A stretch of 64,000 nt of DNA. It comes from Phoronis australis. Taxonomy: Eukaryota > Animalia > Phoronida. Under the pieces are notes generated by a model. The model saw only the letters and a list, made by a program, of their open reading frames with translations, was not told the DNA's origin and searched no databases. The translations under genes and the position numbers were made by a program. Location: NCBI GenBank assembly GCA_002633005.1, contig NMRA01000029.1, positions 1,088,086-1,152,085 of the forward strand. The letters are read 5' to 3'. Below, piece by piece: positions 1-13,400 of this stretch. Position 1 is the first letter of the stretch. Every line of letters begins with the position of its first letter.

Positions 1-478
1 TGTAATCTCAGACTTTTGAATTTCATATGTTCGCTCGTTATAACCCAGTGGCTCGGAACATGATGTGGCCCCTTGCGGCCGGACTCGAGGTATTGCGAAC
101 ATAAACCAGCCGGGTTAGTCGGATGCCAAAGTTGAAAACTAAATTTCAGTCACAAAAAGACTAGACAAGTGAACCAAAGAAATATTTTGGTGAATTTGCC
201 GCGAAATTGCAAATCTACTTACTCGTCAGGGGCCGTGAAGCCAAGTTCCCCTCCCACAGAACCGTACATGGAAAAGGTGTACAGTCAATAACAATGACTT
301 GAATAATGTATAATTGTCTGTATATATATCTAAGTAAAGATTCCTCTAATATCCGACAACAGCATATAAAAACAAGTTATAGTTTCACAACAGCTTTCTG
401 TTAGCAAACACTTAATAAGCATGCACTCACGATGGTCAAGTAGTTTTATTGCATCTGAAGCCGGTAACGCAGTATGAT
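1..478. mobile_element. Partial copy of the same Kolobok-type element (matches ~3613-4103)
   Basis: Near-identical sequence, interrupted at ~478 by another element. Confidence 0.8.
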
Positions 479-1094
479 TACTAGGCGGAATTCTTCGAAT
501 TCCGACAAGTATGTTGCTCTGTCGTCAAGTTTTTTTTTTTTTGTTCGCACTCTACAGGTCGCAATTTTCGTCCGATTTTCACGAAATTTGCACAGAACAT
601 GTAGATTGGGATGTACTGAAACGCTATTGTTTTTGGTCATGATCGGGTACAAAACGGCGCACGTGGCGGCCATTTTGTATCCGATTTCACAGTCAAATAC
701 TCGTAGAGGCCGCATTTTTTGACGTACATGGCTGAAGATCGGTACGATTATACTAGAACCCATGTGCTACAACTGTGCAGAAAATTGTTGACTTCCGGTT
801 AAAGATGGCGGAAATATTGGACATGGCGCATGCGCACCCCGAAATATGGCCAAAAACGTTTTCTCCTGTAGAGGGCGCATTTGCACACCAATTAATTTCA
901 AACTGGTCACGTATTTGTTGAGTTCAATAAGCTTTTATAAAAAATTATTGAACCGGAAGTCACTTTCAAGATGGCGGCTGTGGGGCATGTTCACAAGGTT
1001 TCAATCGCTCTGTTGTTGCATTTTTTATGGGAAGAGCAAATGACGTGAATTTTTGCATGTGGATTCCTTGAAGTATGGCCTTTCAAAAAGTCTG
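479..1094 (+). mobile_element. 5' part of a Helentron-associated (HINE/DINE-1-like) element
   Basis: Begins ctaggcggaatt with adjacent palindrome cggaattcttcgaattccg; inserted at a T-run of the Kolobok element. Confidence 0.6.
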
Positions 1095-1095
1095 N

Positions 1096-1340
1096 ATAAC
1101 TGCTCTCCCTTGCTATCTATTGACTAATGGTCAAACTTCACGTCCACCTCCGCAGCAGTATAACTGCTCTCCCTTGCTATCTATTGACTAATAGTCAAAC
1201 TTCACGTCCACCTCCGCAGCAGTATAACTGCTCTCCCTTGCTATCTATTGACTAATAGTCATACTTCACGTCTACCTCCACAGCAGTATAACTGCTTTCC
1301 CTTGCTATCTATTGACTAATAGTCAAACTCCACGTCCACA
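1096..1340. repeat. 64-bp tandem repeat, ~3.8 copies, overlapping the GPKOW stop codon and 3' UTR
   Basis: Unit ataactgctctcccttgctatctattgactaatagtcaaacttcacgtccacctccgcagcagt starts at 1096, 1160, 1224 and 1288; truncated by the N at 1095. Confidence 0.92.
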
Positions 1341-1456
1341 TCTCCAGTAAATTCACAAATGTTTTCGTAGTCCAACTTAAGCACACAGTCCCTGTCTCGC
1401 AACAACTGTACGGTTGCCCTGCACTTTGATTTGTCTTTTTTCACTATCTGTGCAAG
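1316..1456 (-). CDS. GPKOW: GPKOW terminal exon (LAQIVKKDKSKCRATVQLLRDRDCVLKLDYENICEFTGDVDVEFDY*)
   Basis: AG acceptor, conserved C-terminus, TAG at 1318-1316. Confidence 0.92.
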   Translation of the reverse strand, partial: LAQIVKKDKSKCRATVQLLRDRDCVLKLDYENICEFTGDVDVEFDY

Positions 1457-4400
1457 CTGAAATTGAAAATTGCGTTGTCAATTACAGAAAAATTCACATA
1501 TTAAGTTGGCCATGCATAAGTCCATCTTTTTGCTTAACTCTGACAAACTGCAGCGGTATCGTTGTTCTAGTGTATGAAATTGGGCCATTATATAACTTAC
1601 TGATGGATTTCTCCATACATGGATGAAATCTCTCCATCAGGTTGGATCCGATTTAAATGGCTCACTTGGGAGTTTCCAGTTATTCAATGTGACGTCACCG
1701 GAAGTAGGGCAAAACCCGCCATATTGCCCTTGCTTTGCCCGAGTCTTTGCTACATACGCTAACTCTTACTGGAGTTCTTATGAAGAATTTTATACTTAAA
1801 ACGTTAACACTACTTAAGAGATGGCAGATGGATCGTGGAATAACTGTGAATGGACGAAGAAAAGGTGAACTTGTTATCTTGTGCGAAACTGTGAATGGAC
1901 TGAAATAGGAGGTGGAGGCATGCAGGGGGGATAGTATATCCCATGAAAAGTTACTCATTTGAAAATACAGCAAATATATACAGTAAAATCAAATGAAACG
2001 TGCACATGGAGTTATAATTAACACATACCATGACTCTGGATACAATTTAGTCAACATAACATGAACATATCCAAGAAAATCTCGCGGTTCACTCGAGTTT
2101 CTCTCTCCGGCGCCATTTTGAGAAGATTACATGAAATCACGCCTGTTGACGAACAAAAGATCCAAGGGACACAAATATTGCTAATTTCACTTGCTATCTT
2201 CCCACGCTATTTTTTAAGTGTCACATGCCAGGTCACGTGCTTCGCTCAGTCTCGCGCTAGCCTTTGCCTCATACTCACCTGACTAAGTTGAAATACTTTG
2301 TGGTTATCACGCGCACGCAGTGAAAAAGTTAACGGCAGCCAAAAAGTGGAGTTGGAATTCTTCGCCAAAGTTACCTTAATTCTTGTAACTATACTTCATC
2401 AAAGATATGTTTAGAAGCAGAAAGGATCACTGAAGAAAGTAAGCACCTATTTAAATGATAGTTTTAAGTGTAGAATGTATTTTTGATGAGGTGAAAACTC
2501 TTAATAAGTGAGCATATTTCGCCTTCCGCCCGTTTAAAATACACGGCACGAAATTAGCACAGAACGCGATGGGACGTATCGTAGCGCGATATTACATTTC
2601 CCATAACAGCAATGCCTGTTTGGCATTTTTCACACTAAAAGATTAAAAACTCGAAGTAAACTGAACAGAATACATTCTGCTAACGTATCGGGCAAATGGC
2701 CGAGCGACAAGCTTTTACCCTACTTCCGGTGACATCACAGTTAAGTCTCACAGAATCTCGCATCATTGTTATTAACTCGAAAAGGGGCTATTAAAAATTG
2801 TGCATTCATTTTTTATAGCTGAAAGCATTTCATTTGTATCTTTCATCTTTTCCTGTGGTCTTCTTCAATCAAACTACACCTACAGAGTGACGGAAATACA
2901 CGTCATTGGGAAATTCCATAAAAGCTGAGTCAGACAAGAGATAGCCAAAAAAATATAATTATGCAATGAGTGTATCTAGAAGACAAAGGGACTTGCCTGT
3001 CCTCTCTCCTTTCCATGAACAATGATCACAAAACTATTCTCAGCCTTGGGAATGACAGTCTCCAGCATACTTTGTGAGATACCTGCACAATTAAGAAAGT
3101 TTTGTAGAGAATGAAAGAAGACTAGATACAAACATTTAAAGCTTCAAACATGAACAGTTCACAGAATACCACACCAAACTAAGATACAATTAAAGGAGAA
3201 TGCCACCAAAAAACAATGTACTTTGTATCAATTTAGATTGAGTAGTTCTTTTACCTGACACTAGATGGAGGTGCTGAAGTTAACCAATGACGTCACAGGT
3301 TCTAACACAGTCTGTTCAGCAGTTCACGAGATGCTTACTTGTGTCAGATTATCGCTTGAATTCGTTTTACACCAATAAATCATCAAGATTCAATGTAAAA
3401 CCCTTACAAATACATTGCGTTTTTAAACAAACGAGTCGTTTTATTTCGGTGTTACGGATTTATAGAAAATTTGAAAGTACCGTAGCTTACAAAGTTCACC
3501 AGGGTAGGCCAACTTACCGAGGCCGGTCGCAGGAAGTTTGGAGTATGTTCGGTCATTAATTAGAATTATTCTTCCCTGAAATACAGACCCTGAGGAGAGC
3601 ATAGCTGTGTGTTGTAATTTCAGACTTTTGAATTTCATATGTTCTAAATACAAAACGCTTGTTATAACCCAGTGGCTCAGAACATGATGTGGCCCCTTGC
3701 GGCCAGACTCGAGGTATTGTGAACATAAACCAGCCGGGTTAGTCGGCTGCCAAAGTTGAAAACTAAATTTCAGTCACGAAAAGACTAGACAAGTGAATCA
3801 AAGAAATATTTTGATGAATTTGCAGCGAAATTGCAAACTAATCTACTTACTCGTCAGGGGCCGTGAAGCCAAGTTCTCCTCCCACACAACCGTATATGGA
3901 AAAGGTGTACAATAACAATGATTTGAATAATGTATAATTGTCTGTATATATATCTAAGTAAAGATTCTTCTAATATCCGACAACAGCATATAAAAACAAG
4001 TTATAGTTTCACAACAGCTTTCTGTCAGTAAACATTTAATAAGCAAGCACTCAAACGGTAGTCAAGTAGTTTTATTGCATCTGAAGCGGGTAACGCAGTA
4101 TGATTTATTCATTGATTTTTCAAAACATTTGCACTCACAAACACTTTTAAGGCATTACAAATTGTATATACTGAGACAGACTGTGTTTCAGTTTCATATA
4201 AACATTCATTAGGGTGAAAATAATTCATTTTGAAACAGAACCGCTTTGCCAGCAACAGACACAGAGATATTTCACGGCCTCATATTTGGTATTACGGCGT
4301 ACTTTTCGTTCTTTACTGCCGGTTACCACTTCTTAAGCTTTTCGGGTTCTCGAGGAAATCGGAAAAAAAATATACCCACTTTCCTCGCAGCTTCATGGTT

Positions 4401-7400
4401 CACACAAGCGGGAGCGATACGCCACACCATAGCCGCACAAAATCACTGAAGAACCACTAATGTCGCTGCGTCATGTACTTATCTTCCTCATCGGGTAACG
4501 CAACACCTTTCAGTGAGTTGAGATCGACTGTGTACGATTAAGACGGTAACAAAAACTAATTAAATCAGGTGGCATTCTCCTTTAAACACCTGTTACTATT
4601 CACACCCCCATACCTTCTAAAACTTTGGAATCTTCCGTTCTGCAGACACAAGTATATTTGTCAACGACATCAACAACCTCCACCTACAAATACAACAGGT
4701 GTGTCTTTATTGGCTGGCTGGTGGTCTAATAGAGAGCTACAACACACACAATTCATAGAAAGATGTGTAAAATAATTATGCTGATAAACGGGACAAAGTG
4801 AAAACAATTGAAGNCCAGCCAGCACTGTCCTACTGTGGCTGAATAGCGCTCTGTAGACTGTACAATTTCAGGCCAAATACTTATTGTAAACGTAACTTTG
4901 CTTTGCAGACTGTCACATAGCGCCACCTATTTTAGAATGTGGGAAAAGACATGGCTCGTCCGCCATGTAGCGCTATCTATTGTTCTTTATTGTAGTTGAT
5001 TGTATGCTCTCTATTTGATTTCTTCGCTAGTCACATGAATGTTATCGTGTTATTCATAATTGCCGTCTTGATCGTCATGATTATCGTTGTCTCCCTCATC
5101 GTCGTCTTTTCGATTAATTCCGCCAAGTGTCGCTCCTCCGAGCGCTCTCGTTTATTCATTGTTGATTTTTCAAAACATTTGCACTCACAAACACTTAAGG
5201 CATTACAAATTGTATATACTAAGACAGAGTGTGTTTCAGTTTCATATAAACATTGATTAGGGTGAAAATAATTCATTTTGAAACAGAAGTGCTTTGCCGG
5301 CAACAGACACAGAGATATTTCATGGCCTCATATTTGGTATTACGGCGTACTTTTCGTTCTTTACTGCCGGTTACCACTTCCTAAGCTTTTTGGGTTCTCG
5401 AGGAAATCGAAAAAAAGATATACCCGCTTTCCTCACAGCTTCATGGTTCACACAAGCGGGAACGATACGCCACACCATAGCCGCATACACTCACAGAAGA
5501 ACCACTAATGTTGCTGCGTCATGTACTTATCTTCCTCATCGGGTAACGCAACACCTTTCAGTGAGGTGAGATCGACTGTGTACGATTAAGACGGTAACAA
5601 AAGCTAATTAAATCAGGTGGCATTCTCCTTTAAGCACCTGTTACTATTCACACCCCCATACCTTCTAAAACTTTGGAATCTTCTGTTCTGCAGACACAAG
5701 TATATTTGTCAACGACATCAACAACCTCCACCTACAAATACAACAGGTGTGTCTTTATTGGCTGGCTGGTGGTCTAATAGAGAGGTACAACACACACAAT
5801 TCATAGAAAGATGTGTAAAATAATTATGCTGATAAACGGGACAAAGTGAAAACAATTGAAGGTATACTCACAACGTTCAACGACCAAGAAAAGATTTGTA
5901 TAATAACCTCTTTACACCTGCACAGCAGCTGACAGGCAATGCACTCTATAAATACAGACGTTCTCAACTTGGCCTATGATATCATTCCCAGATGACCAAA
6001 TAAGGCAGAAACTGTGGGTATTCCATAATTGACAGGAGGTCGATGGTGAAAATGTCAACCAGTGTTTTGTCTGTTTTATTCATTTCATGTAGTAAATTCT
6101 AAGACTTAAGAATGTGGACAGTTCAAGGGGGGAAATCCAGGAGAAAGCAATCCTTTCAACTTTGTTATCGTCAGTTTGGAATAAAAGTCTCCGATTCAGA
6201 AACATTAAATTCAAGACGTGGCATGATATGAACACCCAAAATGGTTCATTCTAGTAGCAGCAAGAATAAATTGCTATTAAGACAGTCCCTAGGCTGCCAT
6301 TGACTGTATTTTAAAAGCTCTCAATCTCCTTTTGTAATTGTTAGTACCTCATACACTACACACCAAAAGCAATTCCCCGAGCTGAGCACGAGCCGAATTC
6401 ACTGACACAGTAACATTCCACCCCGATTGCAAATAAAAGGAAAATTAGAAGAAAGTGAGGTGGGAATGCTATTTTGTCATTAGAAATGTGTTGCAATAAC
6501 TGTTTATTGTAAGTCATATTTAATAGCTGTGAACGGTATTACCAGTCACAACAGAAACACTGTTTTGTGCGTTAACTTTTGGCATGTACTATAAAACATA
6601 AGCTAACTAAAGTAATCAGACAAAATGACCCAGAATTCCCCGATATGATGGCTGAGCAGAAGCCGAATTCATCGCCAGAGTAGTCTTTTCTCATGACGGA
6701 GAAAGAAGGTAAATTAACAGGAAAGTTAGTAAAGAGGCTAAGTCGTTGTGTAATTAGACTGTTGTTGCCCTAAAAGTTATTACCAGTCATTTCTATTGTT
6801 AACAGGATTAGCTGCCATGATGGGGAAACAGTATTTTGTCCGATTACTTTTGTCCTGTACTGTACCTTAGAGTTGTAATATCTTCCCTTCTTGTAGTCTT
6901 TGTCTATAAGTCGAACCCTGATCTGAGGTCGTACCCACAATTCTCCAGGCCTGCTATTACTGGATGAACTTGAGTGTTCGTTCTTTCTCCTTTTGTCACT
7001 TTCCCTGAAAATAAGAATTGGTACACTGAGTTTTACCTGGGGATCAGTACAAGAAGTGCTCTTGACCATCACAACTTGCCGAGAGTAACCCACAATAGCA
7101 TTTTGATTGCCCTAAATACAATAGAGCTTGGAGCTGAGAGATGAAATCTCCTGGGTCCCATTTCATCAAGGGGCATAAGGCTGGTCTTGGCTTACATGAA
7201 AGTGACTTCAAATTTCAATTTCCACATAGTTCATTAGCATAGCTCATGAAGGCAGTCATTAAATCTAAACATGAAAAATTTATGAACTTCACGTCAATTG
7301 CAGCATTTTTGCTCTCCTAAGAAGTAGACACTTTTGTAATAACATGCCTATGACAGGACTTAGGACCATTGATAAAATGGGCTTCTGATTTACATTGCAT

Positions 7401-10400
7401 GACTATAGCAGTTGGAAGTGGTATTCAAAGCCTCTCACTTGATGTCATACGCTTGCTCCCAGTCACTGCATGACAAGGCCTGCATTCCATAGAGTTTGGT
7501 GAGGTTATACAAGACCATGCAAAATCACGCGAGTGAAAGATGAACGTTTCCAAAGCAACGTCCTGAGCTTACACCATCAGAATAGCCAATCCTGAAGTGA
7601 TGACTTAGCGAAAATAGAGGTGTGGGATAGAACTCACTCTTAAGATTCCGTAACCACGGATTCGTCATCGCAAGTGCCTCGCAACGTTCTTCTGTTTAAG
7701 AAACATGCCCCAGCTCACAAACAATGTTGTCAAACATTAAGAAGACATTATTAGTATACTTTAGTCACTCCTCCAGCAAACAATAGTTATTTGCACATAA
7801 GTAAGTCTAAGCTTACCCATCTGTTTCATGTTTTCGTTTTTTGTCTCTATCTGTCTGCCGCTCTCGTTGGTCTCGATGACTGTGGCTATCCCGGTCTCTT
7901 TTGGACTCGGAATGTTTACTCCTGTGAGTGGTATCCTTGGTCCTTTCCGAATTTGTTCCGTCTGACACATTGTCATGACCATTCCTCATCTGTTTTTCTT
8001 TGTACTCGTCTGTTTTTGACTTATCTAAGAGAGAAATGAACATTTTCAGATTCAGACAATCCCCAATGGCTACCGTAGTTCTTTCGTGGCTTGGTGGTGA
8101 GCGTGATAATTCTCAACTGAAAAGTCAACATAAAGTCGTGGCATTGCTAAGCCCTTGACCTGCATTGCTTACACATTAAGACTATCTAGCAAGGGACGGG
8201 CATCCAGTCCAGGGAAAAGTCGAAGGAATCATCTGCCTACACTGCTGAAACCAAAAGTTAAGAACTGGCCTGATTAGCAGATGGGTTGTGAAAAAAATAT
8301 CTCATTACTAATGAGTTTTAAATACCCAGGGGCCTGTTTCATTGAAAATGACTTATGCCTTAAGCCACAAATTTGGTATTACGCTCCATAGAACTACTCA
8401 TAAATAATAATTGAATCTCAATCTAGTAAAATATGAAGCCTCTGAGAAGAACATAGCCATAACTCCTAGTTATTGGGAGAATTTGTATAACTTACCAGTA
8501 CTTCTAGTTTGTGATGTTGTAATAATAACAAGGTTAAACTTTATTGAGCAATAATTGTGATGTGGGAGCAAAAGACCAAATTTCTGTCTTAAATCTCAAG
8601 TCATTTTCAATGAAACAGACCCTTAGACTGTAGTCAAAATGTAGCGTTATTCTGCCCATCCATCGTGATTCGATACTTGTCACATCAAATTTGTACTTAG
8701 AAAGTTTGAGCCCATACTAACATTTTGATAAAACAGGCAGAAATGGGCAACAATTGCATAACACATGCTTCACATGTAAAAGTGGCCACAGGCCGGGTTC
8801 CTACTCATCTTGTACCCCAATTATCACTCAGTTTTTGTGTCGTTTTCAAAATGCTATTGAGGATATCCTTGGTGCGTCAGAGCACTTCAGATCAGAGGTC
8901 ATATAAACTCTTCCAAGGCATGTGTACAGGCCAACAGAGGACTGCTAACTTCATATAAATATGCCATGGTCAGGAGATGAGTAATAGCACACAACAATAG
9001 TAACTTACAATTATTACTTTTGGCATAAAACTGAAAAGTTTATTTTATAGAAAGTGTCAGGGTTTTTAATATTATATACCTTGAAGAAAATACGGGTTAA
9101 GGTAGGTGTATACACTGATCAAATCTCCAGGTTCCTAACTAAAATGAGTAAAAAGGGAGTTTTAACTAGTTAGACATGACTCTGAAAGTGACAAAAATCG
9201 AAAAAAAAATTTTTTTGTAGTTCGTTTTTTTAAAAAATCGTATTTTTTAATTTTCAAAAAATCTAATTTTACCTCGATTTTTTTTTCAAAATGCACAGGG
9301 ATCATCATCAACTGTTTCCTTATGCAATATTCTACTTATCCATACCAAATATATGTACAAAATCATTATGATCTTGATTTTGTGGCATTCTTTGTGTGTG
9401 AGTTGGGGCAAGCACGCCACTTTTTGTCATTTGGTCACTTTCCGTCTAATAACTAAAAATCTGGTCCATTTATCAAAAAACCCTGGCACGCGATTTTACT
9501 TCAGTCCAAGAGGATTTCAAATTTGCAACTTTCGTTAAAATTGACCCACGTGTTGTGGAAAAATAGGCCCGAGAATCGTGTCACTATCCTGAAATCACGA
9601 GCCGAGAAAAACGGCTTTGAAGTTAAGCGGTCATCGATTGCCACTTGAGATCAAATTTCGTTCAGAATGCGTGGTCATTATGTTCCAATTTTTGTTGAAG
9701 TACTAGAAATAAAGCTGATATTTACTTCATATTTAGAAAATGTGACATACCTGTTTGTTTACAGCGTAATTTTAATCATTTTTTCGAACTTGTGAAGCAC
9801 GACAGACGACCAAAACAAATATGGCTGTCACGTGGGCGGAGCTTAGCGTTGATCTATTGTCTGCTGTACTGGTGTGCCGACCATGTGTTGATTGTTTATA
9901 CGATTCATCTGAACTCTCCACTCAGTTTGTAAAAGACTCTCTAACTATATTACACAGACCTATTTGTTAGTATTCCAATATTATCATCAAACAATATATG
10001 TGTTATATCAAATCGCTGCGTTACTGCCTACATAACAATGTTGGCGACGAGGATAAAGAACTACTTTCATAGTAATGGTTCAACATTTTTACGTGCATGT
10101 ACCGAATGGACTTTGGGATAAGAAAATATCACTTTCTGCGCAAATAGCGCCGCTTGGGTGAGATTCTCAAGTTACTAAAGTTTCTTATATTGCTTTCCTC
10201 TAAAATCGTATAATATCATGAGTTTTAATTCATTGTTACGTTTGAATCTCTGCACTGGAAAAATTCTTGTTATGTTGAACACTGGGTCATTTCTCTAATT
10301 CTTTGGGTTATGGCCAGTGGCAAGTTAAAAATCCTCTGGGTTTGACAGCCTAGTTTCTCCACGGTGCGTTCCCAGCACAGAATCATGGTTTATCTGCGAA

Positions 10401-13400
10401 GACTCTACTCTGACGGCACGGCATGTAGTTGTCCATGTGTCGCGCGCGCGGCTTGTCTTCACAGCGCGTGCATGCACTCTCACCGAATCGTACAACACCA
10501 CCCACGTCGACACTCAGCGTCCTCTCGCAAGACACCTGACCTTATATTACAGACTTCTCTTATACATGCACAATTTCTGCACGGACTCCTCAAGCTGAGT
10601 GCAGTGATGGCTTCGGTAGGGCTTGGCGTACTCAACTTAATTTTTTTGCAGATAGACAAACAGGCTCTGGCTCGGAACAGGAGCTAGTTCACCATTTCAC
10701 TACCAACTTTCACATGGTCAAAATAGAATTGTTTTATTTTTGGTCTTGCTACAACACCAATATCAGCTGGTACATCACTCTCGATTGCCCGGTTACGCAA
10801 TGCTTGTTGACAGGGTTAGATTAGAGCCAGTGTCCTTGTATATAAGCTCCGCCCCAGTTGTCAATCACTGAGCTGGTGAGCCCTCAAGCCATATGACTTA
10901 CTGAGGCTTGGTCAAATATAGCTAAAAAAACAACTTTGGATTTTCAGAATGATTTTATTTTTCTTCAGTATACTGTGCATCAAGAATTAAAGATTAGGAT
11001 GACATAAAAATGTAGAAAACAGTCAAAATTAATTTTTTTGTGTATCCACCTACCTTAATGGGTTGAAAGCTTCTTTCATACCATTTTTAACTGGTTTCGC
11101 ATTGTTTGGAATCGAAATTAGTAGACAAGAGCTTAAGAATTTTCACAAAGTGTTGTTTTTTCCCCAAAAACATGCTGAGATCATTGCCAATTGACTACAA
11201 ATACACTAGACTTTCCTGGGGACACTGATTTAATTTTTCCAGGACACGCAGCTTTAAGGAATTTTTGCCCCCGGATTTAATATGAATTAAATCCATGTAT
11301 AGCAAACAAAAACGTCAAATATACTTTCCCTTTTGAATCATGCCATAACAGTACATGACCACACGGAGGACGACGACCAATCACACTGGACAAATAAAGG
11401 TGGGTAGTGACAGAAATACAGAGTCTCAGCAAAGCAAAAAGGTACAGCATTTAGATGACCCTCTACTGAAACGAAGAAACCTGCTATGAACTGAGATCGC
11501 GGACTCCAACCTCCTCCCTGCCTGTTCTACCTCTGGGTAACACAATGGCAGGAAATGACAGCGGTCAGCCATTCATTGACAAAGGACGTAGAGTGCAGTT
11601 CGAAATACTAAGGGCTGTTCCAGTAAAATCTGTATGGGAGGGGGGGNNNNNNNNNNNNNNNNNNNNNNNNNNNNNNNNNNNNNNNNNNNNNNNNNNNNNN
11701 NNNNNNNNNNNNNNNNNNNNNNNNNNNNNNNNNNNNNNNNNNNNNNNNNNNNNNNNNNNNNNNNNNNNNNNNNNNNNNNNNNNNNNNNNNNNNNNNNNNN
11801 NNNNNNNNNNNNNNNNNNNNNNNNNNNNNNNNNNNNNNNNNNNNNNNNNNNNNNNNNNNNNNNACCTATGAAAATACAGAGGTCAATGTAAAATACTAAA
11901 ATTGCCACTAGAGGCAAATACTAAAATTGCCACTAGAGGCATACCGGTAATCAGAATCATCCTAAAGTCGTCATCGTCCGTTGTCAACATCACATAAATA
12001 CACCTGCTAAATTTAGTAAAGATCCTGCAAACGGTTTGGGAGATACAGCCATGGGCGCAAAAAAACAAAACTGCCACTAGGAGGCGCCACAGTGGTCCAA
12101 ATCGTCTGAAAATCATTGTCAGCTGTCTTCCTTATAGTAAGCACATACAAGCCAATTTTCACAATCATCCTTTGAGCGGTTTGGTTGATAGAGGGGTGGA
12201 TGCCAAAATACAGACTCGAAAACAGTAAAAATGGCCACTAGGTGGCGCAAACTACGTCGAATCCATCTGAAAACAGTAGGATAGCGTCATCTCACTAATA
12301 AGTGCCTACATACCAAATTTCATGAAAATCCAATAAGGACTTGTGAAGATACAAAGGTAAGCGTAAAAAAATTAAAATTGCCACTAGGGGGCACACCGGT
12401 ATTCGGATCCGTCCAAAATTCGTCATCTTCCGTTGTTAACATCATATAAATATACTTACATAATTTCGTAAAGATCCTGCGAACGGTTTAGGAGATACAG
12501 CCATAGGCGCAAAAAAAACAAAACTGCCACTAGGAGGCGCCACAGTAGTCGAAATCGTCGGAAAATCATCGTCAACCGTCCTCTACATAGTAAGCANNNN
12601 NNNNNNNNNNNNNNNNNNNNNNNNNNNNNNNNNNNNNNNNNNNNNNNNNNNNNNNNNNNNNNNNNNNNNNNNNNNNNNNNNNNNNNNNNNNNNNNNNNNN
12701 NNNNNNNNNNNNNNNNNNNNNNNNNNNNNNNNNNNNNNNNNNNNNNNNNNNNNNNNNNNNNNNNNNNNNNNNNNNNNNNNNNNNNNNNNNNNNNNNNNNN
12801 NNNNNNNNNNNNNNNNNNNNNNNNNNNNNNNNNNNNNNNNNNNNNNNNNNNNNNNNNNNNNNNNNNNNNNNNNNNNNNNNNNNNNNNNNNNNNNNNNNNN
12901 NNNNNNNNNNNNNNNNNNNNNNNAAATTCGAGCACCTGTGGTTAAATGGTGTTATGGGCATGCCGATGAGGAGATCGGAGGGAGTGAAAAAGTCGGAGCT
13001 TTTTGCAAGTTGCATTTTTGTTTCAGTTTTTGATTCTGTGCGGATTGTTTATAAAATTTACTAAAATTACCCACCATCAAACATTTATGGCCCACTGAAA
13101 CAACAATGACCTGTAAATTTTTATTTTTTTGAAGTACGACCACCAGCCATTTTGAATTTAAATCAAACACAACCACCCATAAATTTTTATTTCAGTTGCC
13201 TTCCCCCCCCTCCCAAACAGATTTTGCTGGAACAGCCCTAATATGTCTCTTGAGTAAGCCCTTTACAACATCAACATCTCCATAGATCATGAAACACTGG
13301 TTTCTCATCATCCAAACAACCAATTACCCCAAACTCCATCAGGTATACTCACTGAGATACTTTGAGTATTTCTCATACTCGCTCTTTGAGACCAGTTTGA

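Noticed and set aside
1096-1340. CRISPR-like array
   Set aside because: Contiguous 64-bp units with no unique spacers, no cas genes, eukaryotic context.
6371-6861. Imperfect ~260-290-bp tandem duplication in a GPKOW intron
   Set aside because: Visible but heavily diverged, with no coding or structural implication.
11545-13015. Long ORFs in the track
   Set aside because: They run through N gaps and are artefacts.
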